Source: Octopus sinensis (lineage: Eukaryota). Taken from it: a stretch of DNA of 64,000 bases. Positions 38,970-52,739 of the stretch are shown here, in pieces. Under the pieces are notes generated by a model, which saw nothing but the letters and a program-made list of their open reading frames with translations, ran no database searches and was not told the DNA's origin. The DNA lies in contig NC_042997.1 in NCBI RefSeq assembly GCF_006345805.1, positions 87,482,001 through 87,546,000 of the forward strand, read 5' to 3'. Position 1 is the first letter of the stretch, and every line of letters starts with the position of its first letter. Both the position numbers and the translations under genes were made by a program.

Positions 38970-39679
38970 CTGGAGGATAGAATAATTAGCATTGAAAAAA
39001 GAAAACAAACAAAAATAAGATACACATACACACAGTAAGCACACGAATTATACATAAACAAATGCTCATATATATATACATCATTCTCACTCATACTTAA
39101 AAATTAATATTTGAGAAGAAAAATAATTGTTTTTGAAAAGACATATAATACCATTGAACACTGTTCCGACATAGAATTTAAAAAGTGATGAAATTTAAAC
39201 TTTATGTTTAGAGGAATCTTTTGTTTTGTTTAGTGGAACCTTTTGTAAACAAGGTAAATGCTGTTTTTCAAATTTCGTATAGGATATCATTTATTACTGT
39301 ATTTTTTCCTGTTCAATTTTTAAAAAAATCTAAATTTCTTTCTTTCTTAAAAGTTTTATTTGTTGTTATTGGAGGATATTATATGAACCAGATTTATTAT
39401 TTGATATTTTTATATTGTTTCCTTTCAAACTGTTTTATGTGCCTGTCTTCTTCCCTGTTCAAATGAAAATATTTTCTCTGTTAGACCATAGCATTAAACA
39501 ATTTTATATCATCATCATCACCACCACCATGACCACCATTAACATTGTTGTAACTGTACTTGTCATCATCATCATCATTATCATTTTTATATTAATTTTC
39601 TTCCAGCTAGGATGATATCACAGAGATTAGCTCCTTTCAAGGCTAGAAAATATTCATATCCCAACAACTGATGATGTTT

Positions 39680-40140
39680 TACAAGGCTCAAATGAAGCCT
39701 CCTATGAACTATTGTTCCTCTGGGACAATACTTCTGCTACACACACAGACATCCAATTAGCATTCAGACAAGGGCCACTTAGCTGACTGGCATTCAATCA
39801 ACAATGGACATGCTCCATCCTCTGGTTTCTAGTCTTATTGTTTCTTCTTTCTGTCTTTTCTGTTGATACTAAATGGCCTCAGTTCCTTGGATCTGGCTGT
39901 CTCATACCTTCATCATTTAGATACTCCCAATTCACCTCTCATCTATTCACCTCTTGTCACCCTTGTTTTGTCTACTATTACCCATGGCCACACTAACCAC
40001 TTTTTCCAGTTGTTCCTCCCCAGATCACTGGCTTTCTGGAACCTTCTTCTAGTCACATCTGTCTTGCAAGTGTTGACATGTTACAGTTTAAATAGAACAT
40101 TAAGCTCACTAGTCTCAAAAGGCCTGCAAAGTCATAGCTA
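39680..40140 (+). mobile_element. 3' fragment of a decayed Jockey/CR1-group LINE
   Basis: Remnants resembling P.MEYCS and FFPR...FWNLL (ORF track: FLPRSLAFWNLL). Confidence 0.55.
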
Positions 40141-42179
40141 CTGCCCCTTCCTCCCAAGTCAGCAAGTAAGGAAAAAAAAATGTCCAAAGCACAGCATCTC
40201 TCCCTTCATCTCAATCAGTGGTTCATAATTGTTTTCACTCAAACAACCTCTTTTAATTTTGTATAACTATTAATACTTAATGCCCACATTACATTTATAA
40301 TGTGTGAAACAAGTGTACTACTTTTGGCATTTTCCCCACCAATTATCTGTAACATCATCTCAAAGAGAGTGTTACTGCAACCCTTTGAGAAATGCTAATC
40401 TAGATCCTATCACTTAGTCTATTCTGTGAGACACACTGTTTGCATACCTGTATTACAAATTTCATCTGAAGTATCCTTGGTTGCTCTCTACAATGGATGT
40501 CTTCCATTGCTAATGACCCCCTTTTTTTACCCAGCATGCTTCATCTATTGATTATCTAAACTAACATAAGTCTTTGATTTGTATACATCAGCTCATCCCT
40601 TTGATGAGCTATTACTTTCTCATCTTCTCACTTGACATTTCTTGTTACTTAACACTGAAACATTAAACACACCAGCTTGTTTCACTCTATTTACTGTGAA
40701 TGTTCTGCATTAACTTCCAATATTAATATGGGAATTTTCTATGCAGATGTTTCCATCTAAAATCACTTTTATTGGTGCAATATATTAACTTATTTCTTAT
40801 TTGGTATATACAAGACTTGATGATAGTGTGTTACAAAATTTAGTATTTATATGTTACCAGACACATTAATAGTATGTTCTGGGAGAGCAAAGTCTACATC
40901 ACCTTTTCAATTTTCTGTTCATGCATATCATTAATTCTCATGAGAAACTTTCAATATCATATAATATCTTACCTTTGTATAGACATTAATGTTATAAAAC
41001 TTTCTGAATGTAAACTCAACTCTTTCTTGACTTATGATGCTGCTCTTCCTTACAACTAACATTTATTAATAAACCTATAATATCTTATAATATCAATTAT
41101 TAACATCTTCACCCTTTTGATATCAACTGGCCTGAAATTACCCTTGGTTCTCTAATACTAATTCTCTGTTTTAAAGTGATCTAAATTTTAAACTTTTCAT
41201 CAAAATATCATGTTGGTTTATGTTTCAAATACCAGCTTAATAAGAACGAAGTTAATTTACTAAATTCTTTATCATTTTCAAAATTAATTGAAACAAAAGC
41301 TGTGCTTCAGCAGAAGTATAGTAACAAAAGGGTTAATCAGCTCAAATTTATTTCAGTGTTGCACGTGGAGTAAAACATCTCTGTAACCCTTCAATAGTTC
41401 TATCTTTCCTTCCTTGGCTTCCTTGGCATGTGACATTACAATTTTGATATTGGACAGCTTATATATAATGCATCATATGAGGTTGTCAATAAAATCATTC
41501 AAGCATCAGATTGAGTGCTTTGTGACAATTGTTTTGCCTCTCTTTATGCTTTGAAATCAGCTTCAACTTTCATTCTTTTGGGGTCAGCTCTTTTTCTCTC
41601 AAACTTTCTTTCTGTCTGTCTCTGTCTCTCTTTCTTGAATAAATTGACTGTGGTCTGACCTGGGGAGAGGGGTGTAAAAGAAATTGTCCAAGACACACTG
41701 TATGTCACAACAACATAGTTCCAATTCATCAAGGAAGCATATTTTACACTTTGTAAACTGAAGCAATTCTATTACACTCAACAGAAGTGATAGTTCTATA
41801 ATTTTTTATGCTGATTCCACTCTGTACACAATACTAGCATCGTTTCCATCCAAAACCCCAACACAGATTAAAATATGTAACAAATAAAATCTAGTTAATA
41901 CCATCTTTGGAGGCTCATATTGCTTGCTATACAAGTGTAAAGAATCTGACAGTTGAATTCTGGTTAGATTATGTGAAATATAAAATTTTATAGCCACTGC
42001 TTGAACTGTCTATGCAATGTCGACTTTTTGCCTACTTTATTCCCACAGAAAATGATAATTATCTTAATGTAAAATGATTTATGAAGCTCTAACCACAAAG
42101 ATATTGCAGAATAGATTTAAGTTGACAGAATAGGTTTGTCCTACACCTGTTCCCTTTCAGGATCCTTGATTTCCCTTAC

Positions 42180-42411
42180 CTTCTGATATTTAGATTCCTC
42201 CAGCAGGTATTAAACTAAACTTATGCTGGCTGAATAAATAAACTCTTAGGAATATGAGTCGCTGAATTTCTGAAGACTTTGAAAATGGTTATGATGAAGA
42301 GGAGCTTGAAAGCATTGTGCCATTGAATATTTAAATTCTTCATTGAGTGTGCTTGTGTTGTTGAATCTATTTTTGCTTGTCTTATAATAAATGGCATGAA
42401 AACTTCTGTAA
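42180..42411 (-). pseudogene. Candidate decayed exon, 77 codons with two in-frame TAA
   Basis: Acceptor tactgtag|, donor AAG|GTAAGG. YRSFHAIYYKTSKNRFNNTSTLNEEFKYSMAQCFQAPLHHNHFQSLQKFSDSYS*EFIYSASISLV*YLLEESKYQK, stops at 42246-42248 and 42210-42212. Confidence 0.5.
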
Positions 42412-42439
42412 CTACAGTATATTGAATTATGTCACATAC

Positions 42440-42810
42440 CATTGGTAATGTACAGGTGTAGATGTATGGGTAAGAAGCTTGCATCTCAACCAAATGGTCT
42501 TAGGTTCAGTCCCACTACATGACATCTTGGAAAAATGTCTTTTACTATAACCTTGGTTGACCAAAGCCTTGTGAGTGGATTTGGTAGTCAACAACTGAAA
42601 GAAGCCTGATATATATCTATGAGTGTGTGTCTTTGTTCCCACCACTGCTTGACATTAGGTGATCATTTGTTTATGTCCCTGTAACTGAGTAGTTTGCCAA
42701 AAAGACAGAATAAGTACCATACTTTAAAAAAGAACGATAAATAGTGGGGTTGATTTGTTTCAAGGTGATACCACAACATGACCACAGTTCAATGACTGAA
42801 ACAAATAAGG
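42440..42810 (+). mobile_element. SINE family A
   Basis: ggttcagtcccac...ccaaagccttgtgagtggatttgg...atgactgaaacaa. Confidence 0.82.
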
Positions 42811-43699
42811 TAAGTCAGAAACTTAAGTGTAAATTTGTTTGTTGTTAAGGTTCTTCTTCCTTAGCATCAAAGATTCCACATATTGGTAAATAGTAACCAA
42901 TATAAACATATAAGGTGTTTCACACAAGAATTCAGAACATCAGACATTAGTCAAGTTTTAGATTACTTACCACAGTGTTGCTAAGATAATAGAATGAAAC
43001 CTACAGATTACGGAAATTGACCTTTTCACCATTCCCTGTAGATCACTATTGCATTTATAATGAATGACTACCTTAATACATGCTGACTGTACACTCTTAA
43101 AGTCCACTTTATGTATTTAACTCTTCTGTACCTATCACATACCTCCTAACCTTTTACTAAGCAATTTACCAAATACTTCTCTACTTCATTTTTCTCCTCC
43201 CTGCTATAACTTACTTTAGCATGCAGATCATTGTATCAAATGCAATGCTTAGTTATTCACATTGTTTTTGAATTAATCAAGCATCACTTGTAGCTTTGAG
43301 ATTTCAGTGATGTAATTATTTATTGTTGACATAGTAAGGTAGGTGTGAGAGGCCATATCTGGCTGGTTTGAACATAAAACAGGTAGAATATTTGGGCAGG
43401 ATATGGTCAGTTTAAATGCTAAAGGGTTTGCCTCTAATTAAGCATTACACTTTCAACAAGTTGTCTTTATTTACTTATTAAGTACTGCCTATAATGCCCT
43501 TGAAGACTTTTCCTCTTATCTTAGACTAACAAAAAAAAAAAAAAAAAAAAACCCTGAAAAACTCTAGAACTGTGTTCCTCAAACAGCTCAGAGCCACAGA
43601 TTTTAGAATTATAATTCAAATTTTTAGTAAGTCCATATTGAATATCTTGAAAATGAGTTACTCATTTATACACATGATTAATTCCATAAGGGAAACAAT

Positions 43700-43990
43700 C
43701 AATCATTTATTGATTGAGCTCTTCATTTCTTGAGGAACAAAGGCTATTGATGACTTGTATACTTTCCTTGACTATGGACTGTCTTTTCTGCTTCTCTCCA
43801 GTTGGAACTCTGCTTTTTAGATCTGCAGCCTTGCAGCTTCCTTTTGGATTCTGCAGCATTGCGTCAAATGTTTCTGTGAAGGAAGGACTTCTTCCACTAG
43901 ATCTTGTTGATTTTGAATTGTCATCAATACTTCTGTAATTTTGCTTTTTGCTTAGCATGAGTGTTGGTCCTATGCAAACCCATTTTTACC
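43700..43990 (-). mobile_element. 3' end of an RTE-like LINE (second family)
   Basis: NPKGSCK and VINSLCSSRNEEL resemble the NPQGKRKRGRP...LC C-terminus; alternate frame ITEVLMTIQNQQDL matches 54440-54670. Confidence 0.6.
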
Positions 43991-44029
43991 ACTGGGAATA
44001 TCTGGTCCATATCAGTCTGGTATAAGTCA

Positions 44030-44470
44030 ACAAGCAGGCAGAATTGTTAGCATGCCAGAAAAGATGCTTAGTGATATTTTGCCTGTCTCTACGTTCTCAG
44101 TTCAAATTCTGCCAAGGTTGACTTTGCCTTTCATCTTTTTGGGGTTGATAAAATAGGCACCAGTTGAAAACTGGGCTTGCTGTAATTGACTCACACTCTC
44201 CTTTGAAATTGCTGGCCTTGTGCCAAAATTTGAAATAAATATTAGTCTGGCCTAAGGCAGTCAGCTGGTAGAATCATGAAGATGTCAGGCAAGATACTTT
44301 GTGGCATTTTGTCTGTCTCTACATTCTGAGTTCAAATTCTGCTGAGGTTGTCTTAGTTTTTCCTCCTTTCAGGGTCAATAAAACAAGTACAAGTTGAGCA
44401 CTGAGCTTGATTTTATCAACTTGGCCCCTCTCCCAAAATTATTGACCTTGTGTCAAAATTTGAAATCAAT
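44030..44470 (+). mobile_element. Two tandem SINE family B copies
   Basis: Two successive head-to-tail units, each ending gtgccaaaatttgaaa or gtgtcaaaatttgaaa. Confidence 0.85.
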
Positions 44471-45598
44471 ATCAAATAGTCTGGCCTCTATCCTTTGGTC
44501 TGTCTAGTATGGGAGGCTCTATCAGGAGCTTGAGCTGTGCTGGCATAGCTCTCACGATCATTGAGTCACATAAACCACCACACTGCCATAAGAACTGGAC
44601 CTTGTGGGGGAACAAGGTAAACAATAGTCCTCTACTTTTTTTTTATATAAATGTTAAAGTTAAGATGCAAAGTGCACCAATAGTTCTTTTATTTGATACC
44701 TTCTGCACAACAAAGTCAAGATTACTGGGAAATACTGGTTTAGATTTTAGTGACAACATTTATGGGGACCCAACGAGGGAGACACTACATAGTAGTATGA
44801 CACAAGAGGAATAACAGCTAAGTCTCCTTTCAGTTGCATTCTACTGTCTTAAAAGAATTGGGAGGACACACTGGAAATGGTAGTCTGTAGATTGACTGTG
44901 TCTGAAACAAAGAAATTTAATGGTCAAAGCTGAAATGGCTTTCTTCTTAGGTCTGTTCAATTAGGGCTGACCTAGGTCAATTGACAGTAACAACAACAAC
45001 AACAACAGCTGCTGCTACTACTACTGCTACTACTACTACTGTTACTATACAACTACTACTGCTACTACTTCTACTACTACCACTGTTACTATACAACTAC
45101 TACTACTACTACTACTACAGTTATAAGGGGAATGCATATTACCTAATGACCATAATTATCAATGATGATTGTCTTCCTAACCAGTGCAGTCATTATCATC
45201 ATCCTCATTGCATTTGTCATGCTCCTCTTCCTCTGTCTTCTTCTCCTCCACATCATCATCATTGTCCTCATTGTGATGACCACTGCTGTTGGTGCTGCTG
45301 TCACTACATCCCCCCTATCATCACCATCATCATTCATCTACACTCTCTTCGTTTCCATCTCATACCAAATGCAATGTCTCCAGCTCATTGAACTTCTTCC
45401 ATCTTTGCTGTATTGATTAAATGCCATTTCTATTATTCTCAATTCCATGATGATACTCTATCTTTGATAATTAAAAAGCAAATATGCCACCATTATTCAT
45501 CAAAAGAGTCTATGATGATTATTTCTATGAATATACAACATAATGAATGTTCTTAATTTTACAGTTGTTTATATTTTTAAAATTATGAATGTCACAAC

Positions 45599-45705
45599 AG
45601 TAAAAATATCATTTTAATTAAATGCAAATATTAAGTCAAAAAGCAAAAGTAAAAAATATCATTTTAATTAAATGCAAATATTAAGTCAAAAAGCAAAAGT
45701 AAAAA
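45599..45705. repeat. Near-perfect ~51-bp tandem duplication
   Basis: aaaaatatcattttaattaaatgcaaatattaagtcaaaaagcaaaagta occurs twice in succession. Confidence 0.9.
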
Positions 45706-45759
45706 AAACCCAACCCAATATATAAATATGTATTTTGTTTCCTAACATCAATTTTGATA

Positions 45760-45780
45760 TACTTTTTACTTCAATGTATA

Positions 45781-45821
<41 letters not shown>

Positions 45822-45915
45822 TCATATACATGGAAACATACTTATATACATACATATATACTTATATATATATATATATACATGCACACACACACATATA
45901 TACATATATATATGA

Positions 45916-45979
<64 letters not shown>

Positions 45980-46365
45980 ATATATACCATATATATATAT
46001 GATAAATATATATATACATATATATATATATATACACATTCATATATACTTATATGTATATATATATATATACATATATATACAGCTATCTATCTATATA
46101 TGTATATGTGTATACACATGCACACACATATACATACATATATATATTCATATAGATGTGTGTATGGATGTATACATGTGTTTGTCTGTGTGCATGCATA
46201 TATATATATATATATATACATGCACACACACACATATATACATATATATATATGAATACATACATACATGCATACATATATATATATGCCTGTATATATG
46301 TGTATATGCATGTGTATATGTGTGAGTTTATGTACATATATGCACATATATAGAAAAACACACAC
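45760..46365. repeat. Compound (TA)n/(CA)n microsatellite
   Basis: Direct reading. Confidence 0.97.
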
Positions 46366-47499
46366 ATAATGATTATTATTATTGTTGTTGTTGTTGTTGT
46401 CTTTTATTCACTCATCATGTTGTCTTTTATTCACTCATCATAGAGTTAATTTCATATGCTTCAAGCAGCCATATATAATTGCCACATTACTTCTGTACCA
46501 GGATATCTTTCTTTTATTTATACTTCACGTTATCATTGCAGCTTGAAAACCACCTACAGATATTTGTATTAAAATACATACATATGCACATATTCTCTTC
46601 ACCAAATGTGTTTTTTTAAAGTTTTATCTACATATATTTATATATGTTCACAAGTTCATTTACATATGTAACCACAAATGTATATGTGTAAATGTTTATG
46701 CAATATGCAATGCAATCTGAAGCATGATATAAACAACATACTGAAACAATAAATACAGTATTATGTGTATTCCACTGTACTTACATGAAGTTTATAGGCT
46801 TGCATATACACACTTAATCATATGTGTGTGTGTGTGTATGTGTGTGTGTGAGTGTGTGCATGTGTCTGTGTGTATGTGTGTGTTTATATATATATACATA
46901 TATATAAACATATATACATATACATATATTTATATGATTGTCTGATGAATGGGAACATGAAACTCTGAGTGACAGTTTTTGTGATATTTTTGCTGCTTTT
47001 TAATAAAGTATATATATATGTCATTTTTTTCTCACTCCTCCTTATTTCTTCTGTCCCTCTGCCTCTATCTCTCTCTCATCTCTCTCCACATGATTGGAGT
47101 TTGGCCAAGCCTGACCTTTCTTTCTTGGTTTGTCCGCCATCCCTGCAACATCTATATTCCTCCCTGTGCCTGTGAAATCTTGTATCTCTGCTGTAAGGCT
47201 TTACTTCCACACGTGCCAGCTTAATCTAATTTGTCCTTAGTCGAAAGACACCTGTTGTTATGTCCTGTTATTTGTTTTTGTGTAACATTCTTCGTTTTTT
47301 TCCTCCCTTGTTTGCATATATATTTGCTGCTATCTTCCAAGGAATCTAATGCTCTTAGCTTAGTTTTTCCTCGGGGCTGGCCAGATTGGAGCAATCTCGA
47401 GTATAACCAGCTGAAATTGCAAAGATAATCTGGAACTCGACTGAGGAAATAAAACTCTGAATGACCCGTGTTAAAAATATAAAAATATAAAACAACCAC

Positions 47500-48045
47500 T
47501 CCGAGAGTGTAGTGGGTGCTTTTACGTGGCAGTGGCATGAGGGCCAGTCAAGCAGTAATGGCAACGGCCATGCCCAAATGGTGTTTTTTTTATGTGCCAC
47601 TTGCACACCGGCACAAGTGCTAGTAAGGCGACGCTGGTAACGATCATGCTTGAATGGTGCTTTTTACGTGCTACCAGCACAGATGCCAATTAGCCGCTCT
47701 GGCAACGATCACACTCGGGTGCTGCTCTTAGTGCTCCACTAGCATGGATGCCAGTCATCAAATTTGATTTCGATTTCACTTGCCTCAACAGGTCTTCACA
47801 AGCAGTGTCCAATGAAGGGAAGGTATGCATAAGTGGGCTGGTTACACCCCTGGCATAGGCCACAAGGTTATGGTCTAATTTGGCTTGCCGGATCTTCTCA
47901 AGCACATCATATTTCCAAAAGTCTTGGTCACTAGTCATTGCCTCGGTGAGGCCTAATGTTCGAAGGTCATGCTTCACCGCTTCATCCCAGGTCTTCCTGG
48001 GTCTACCTCTTCTACAGGTTCCCTCAACCGCTAGGGTGTGATATG
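47500..48045 (-). mobile_element. RTE LINE 3' end
   Basis: AVEGTCRRGRPRKTWDEAVKHDLRTLGLTEAMT. Confidence 0.88.
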
Positions 48046-48424
48046 CAAGACTATATGTGTGCATGTGTGTTTTTTGAGTCTATATATGTAAATATATATA
48101 TATACTTCCATGTGCATACATATATAATTTGAAATTTGTTTTACCCATCCCCAGCTCTACTGAAATAGATGACATCCGAATTTAAAGTATTTCCTTACAA
48201 CTTAAATATTATATATGCATTTTGTAATGCACTTCAATTAACATAAAATATTTTTCTATAGAATTGTATTTCATCGTAGATCAGCCCCTTCACTTTTCAA
48301 TGAGCATACTTTTAGTTCCTGCATTAGATATTCTACCTCTTGCTGTTGCTACTCTTCCTTCTCCTGATTGCCAGTTTCATATCCATTTTCTTTCATGCTC
48401 TGTGAGGATATTATGTCATCATTT

Positions 48425-48434
48425 TTTATACATT

Positions 48435-48465
<31 letters not shown>

Positions 48466-48655
48466 CCATCATCATCATTATCATCATCATCAACATCAAC
48501 ATCATCATCATCACCATCATCATCATTATCATCATCATCATCATCATTATCAACATCATCATCATTGTTGTCAATGTCAGTGCTATCATCATTATTACCA
48601 TCATCAATGTTATCATCTATGCTTGTCATCATTATTATCATCATCTTCCTCAACA
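48425..48655. repeat. (CAT)n microsatellite
   Basis: Direct reading. Confidence 0.97.
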
Positions 48656-50289
48656 TTCTTGTTAACATTTAAAAAGTGATGCTCCAGCATAGCCACAGTC
48701 AAATGACTGAAACAAGTAAAAGAATAAAAGAATTGTTGCAATCATTGTCTTCAGTATTATTATCATCATTGTGATAACCATCAGTATCATTATTGTCATC
48801 ATCATCATCATCACCACCATTAACAATATTATCAACTACAAAATTATAGTCATGGTAGATACTGGTGTCATGCAAATGGCACTTGTGCTGGTGGCATGTA
48901 AAAGCACCCATTACATTCTTGGAGTGGTTGGCATTGGAAGGGCATCCAGTCATAAAAAACCATGCCAAATCAGACTGGAGTCTGGTCCTGCCCCTCAGCT
49001 TACCATCCCTGGTCAAACCGTCCAACCCATGTCAGTATTGATAACGGACAGTAAATGATGACGATGACGATGGTGATGATGACGATGTGAAAACTGTGCT
49101 CTTAGATTCTACATATTTTTAAATTGCTCCCAATACAGATGTAATCTTTTTTTTTCTTGGTTTGCATATGACATCTTACATTGGAACATTTTACCTAGCA
49201 ATTATAAATTTTGAATATCACAACAAAAGTATTTGGCTTTGATGCTAATAAATACTTAACTGCAGGAGTGATGTATTTTAGATGTTGTCTTTAACTATAA
49301 TTGTTAATGTTGGTTATTTTGGTTATCCTTTTTAATCATTCATAGCTGAAAACGAAGCCCTGATACAGATAATCAGGTTTATGTATATCCTGTTCAGGCT
49401 TTTTAAATCTTGCATTTTTATTTTTCATTGTGTTGTAAGATAGTCTTCAGGAAAATTTTTGTGTTCAGCCCTTTAACATTCAGATTATTCTGTCAAATAT
49501 AAGGCTTGCATGTTCACATTATTTTGAATTAATCATGCATTATATCGTAGCTTTGAGATTTCAATGATTTGATTGTTTATTTTTTAGAAAGACATTGTAG
49601 GATAGGCCAGACCTAGCTGAGGTGATAATAAAGCAGGGTGAATATTTGGGCTGGATGTGGTTGGTTTAAATGCTGAAGGGTTAAAACCTGGAATATTTAT
49701 TCTATTGATCTTTGCCAAATAATTAAGTTTTGGGTATATAAACAAACCAACATTGGTTGTCATGTGGTGGGGTGGTGGAGATAAACAGACACACAGACAC
49801 ATACACACACATAAGATCAAAATATGTAACATGATTTCAAGTAGTAATGTATTATGACCATTTCAAGTGGCTCCATTTAATTGAACAATGCAATCATTAC
49901 ATCTGTTTTAAATACAGTCCTATCTTCAGCTGCACAGATATGGAATTTCAACAGACAAGATACATTAATATAATTTTTCTTAAATATTTTAACAGAGCAA
50001 AAGGATGGGAGAAATTTATGTTGTGGCTATTGTTGCAGGAATAGCTAAGAGAGCAGACTACAATATATTTATAGAGTGGCATATGACACAGTGGGTGTCA
50101 TAAGTTTATAATTCATTTCCAGTTTGGGAATGAATTATAACCCTATGACCCCCACTGTATTCCATGCCACTTTATAAATAAAGAAAGTCCAAAAGTGGGA
50201 AGGGCAGAAAGGACTGATAAAAAAAATTCAGGTGCCTCCATGGCAGGTATACTATGTGAACAACTTGAATTATCAATATTATCCTGTCA

Positions 50290-50740
50290 GTAAGGTGGCA
50301 AGCTGGCAGAAATGTTAGCACACCAGGCGAAATGCTTAGTGATATTTTTCGTCTGTCTTTACATTCTGAGTTCAAATTCCATTGAGATTGACTTTGCCTT
50401 TCATCCTTTCAGGGTCGATAAACTAAGTACCAATTGCGTATTGGGGTTGATCTAATCGACTGGCCTCCTCCCCACCAAAAATTTCGGGCCTTGTGCCTAG
50501 AGTAGAATAGTATATTATCTTGTCAGTGTAAGGTGGTACGATGGCAGAATAGTTAGTGCACTAAACAAAATACTTAGCCACATTTTGTCTGTCTTTATGT
50601 TCTGAGTTCAAATTCTGCCGAGGTTCACTTTACCTTTCATTCTTTTTAGGGTTGATAAAATAAGTAGTAGTTGAGCACTGGGGTCAATGTATTCAACTTA
50701 CTCCCTCCCCTGAACTTGTGTCAAAATTTGAAATCAGTAT
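50290..50740 (+). mobile_element. Two tandem SINE family B copies
   Basis: Heads at ~50292 and ~50531, each preceded by attatc(c/t)tgtcagt. Confidence 0.85.
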
Positions 50741-51386
50741 TATTATCCTGTCAATTAGGATGCATTTTAATTAATTTCATTTCATTTTTGGAATGTAAGT
50801 GTATACAAAATATTCAGATGGTATGATGCATTTTCAAAGATGAAAGATACCATCAAACCCAGAAGCATTTGTCCAGAATGCATTATCAAATGAATAGTGG
50901 ATGGCAGAATTGGTAGATGGTCAAACAAAATGCCTTATGATATGCGGTTACATCTATGACTTTTTGTTTTCCTTGTGTCAATAAAATATTTATGGTGCTC
51001 CTTAGTGGACATTTATTACAGAGAAGATAATCATTTCTTCTTGATATTTGGCAGGATTAGAAATTTGAATTTGAAATTAAGGAATAAGGAAGAGACACCT
51101 AGAATACAAATATTTAATTCTTTTCTTTGTTGCTCACTTATTACAAAGTTCTTTGAGTAAATTGACTCACATCTTTCTTAAAATTTGTTACCTTTCTCCA
51201 ATGATAGCAATTGTTATGATTACTGTTGTCTTGACCTTACCTTGCCTTGGGTCCTCAACTCCTGATGAAATTGTAGGGGTCATGAGACATACAGTATGCT
51301 TTGGGTATTTTAGAGTTAGCAGAACCCATCATTTTCCAGGCTAGACTACAGCTGATTTCTTCCAAAAAGAGATATTGAACTAAAAA

Positions 51387-51459
<73 letters not shown>

Positions 51460-51782
51460 AATCAACTCCAATATGGGACTGGTGTTTTCTTTTATTGACC
51501 TCAAAAGGTGTAAGGTTAAGTCAACCACAATAGTATTTGAAAATTCAGAATGCAGAGAACTGGAACCTGATATTCTAATGACTTGGCTAATTCAGCACTG
51601 TCTAAATGCTATTATAGATGGGAGAATAACAGAAGAGGTGATACCTCATTAAATGCCTTGTGTGATGTAGTTACACTTATTTATGTTCTGAATACACATT
51701 CTGCTAAATTTAAGTGAGGTTTTTACCTCCACCTTTCAATGAAAGAAGCACCAGTTTTATATTGGTATTGATTCACAAGATT

Positions 51783-52101
51783 GGGGGCACAATGGCCCAG
51801 TGGTTAGGGCAGTGGACTCACAGTTGGAGGATTGCGGTTTCAATTCCCAGACCGAGCATTGTGTGTGTTTATTGAGCGAAAACACCTAAAGCTCCACAAG
51901 GCTCCAGCAGGGGGTGGTGGCGACCCCTGTTTTACTCTTTCACCTCAACTTTCTCTCATTCTTTCTTCCTGTTTCTTGAGTAACGCTGTGATGGATTGGC
52001 ATCCTGTCCAACTGGGTGGGGGGAACACATACGCCATAGAAACCAGGAAACGGGCCCATGAGCCTGGCTAGGCTTGAAAAGGGTGCAAAAAAAAAAAAAC
52101 C
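51783..52101 (+). mobile_element. tRNA-derived SINE family D with poly(A) tail and 12-bp TSD
   Basis: A box tggcccagtgg, B box ggtttcaattccc. TSD ATTCACAAGATT at 51771-51782 and 52102-52113. Confidence 0.92.
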
Positions 52102-52414
52102 ATTCACAAGATTATGATTGCAAAATTGTTACTGCAACAAAAAAAATGTTTAGCAGCATTTCTTCTAACTCTTTATATTTTGTGTTCAAATTCCACCATG
52201 GTCAACTTTACCCTCCATTCTTTTTGGAAGTATCACTCAAGTATTGGGCTGATTTAATCAACTTGCGCTCTTCTCCTCAAACTGCTGGCCTTGTGCCAAA
52301 ATTAGAAAGGATTATGTGTTTATTTTACAAATTTGGATGTTAGAAATCTGTGCAGTCTAATTGCCAAAAAAAGAACTTTGTGTTTGTGTATGATATATTC
52401 CTGAACTAAAATGC

Positions 52415-52739
52415 TAGTAGTTCTCAACTGGGGTCCATATGACCCCAGTGGGTCCAAATAAGATTTCTAGGGGTTATGCAAGTAAAAATAATAAATTCGG
52501 GATCCACAGTAGTATTTTAAGGGTCTATGAAAAATTTTGCTTTAGATGTTTTTGTTGTAAGAAGTAGTCAGGTTTTTTTCTCAAACGTTCTACATAGTTT
52601 AATGTGTAGAAAACAAAATATGAACTTTGAAAGAGATACCTATAAAACTAGTTATTAAGCATTGAATAGCTAAGGGGGTCCACCAGAATGAAATAGTAAT
52701 AAAAGGGGTCCATAGGTAAAAAATGGTCGAGAACCACTG
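52415..52739. mobile_element. MITE with hAT/Charlie-like TIRs
   Basis: tagtagttctcaac ... gtcgagaaccactg with repeated ggggtcc subterminal motifs. No clear TSD. Confidence 0.7.

Noticed and set aside
43707-43958. 83-aa ORF with plausible codon content
   Set aside because: Matches the RTE-like 3' end also seen at 54300-54670.
45735-49025. Long Ile/Tyr, His, Met or Asp-rich ORFs (also 1758-2253, 28692-29060, 44981-45416)
   Set aside because: Translations of (TA)n, (CAT)n, (CAC)n and (CTA)n microsatellites.
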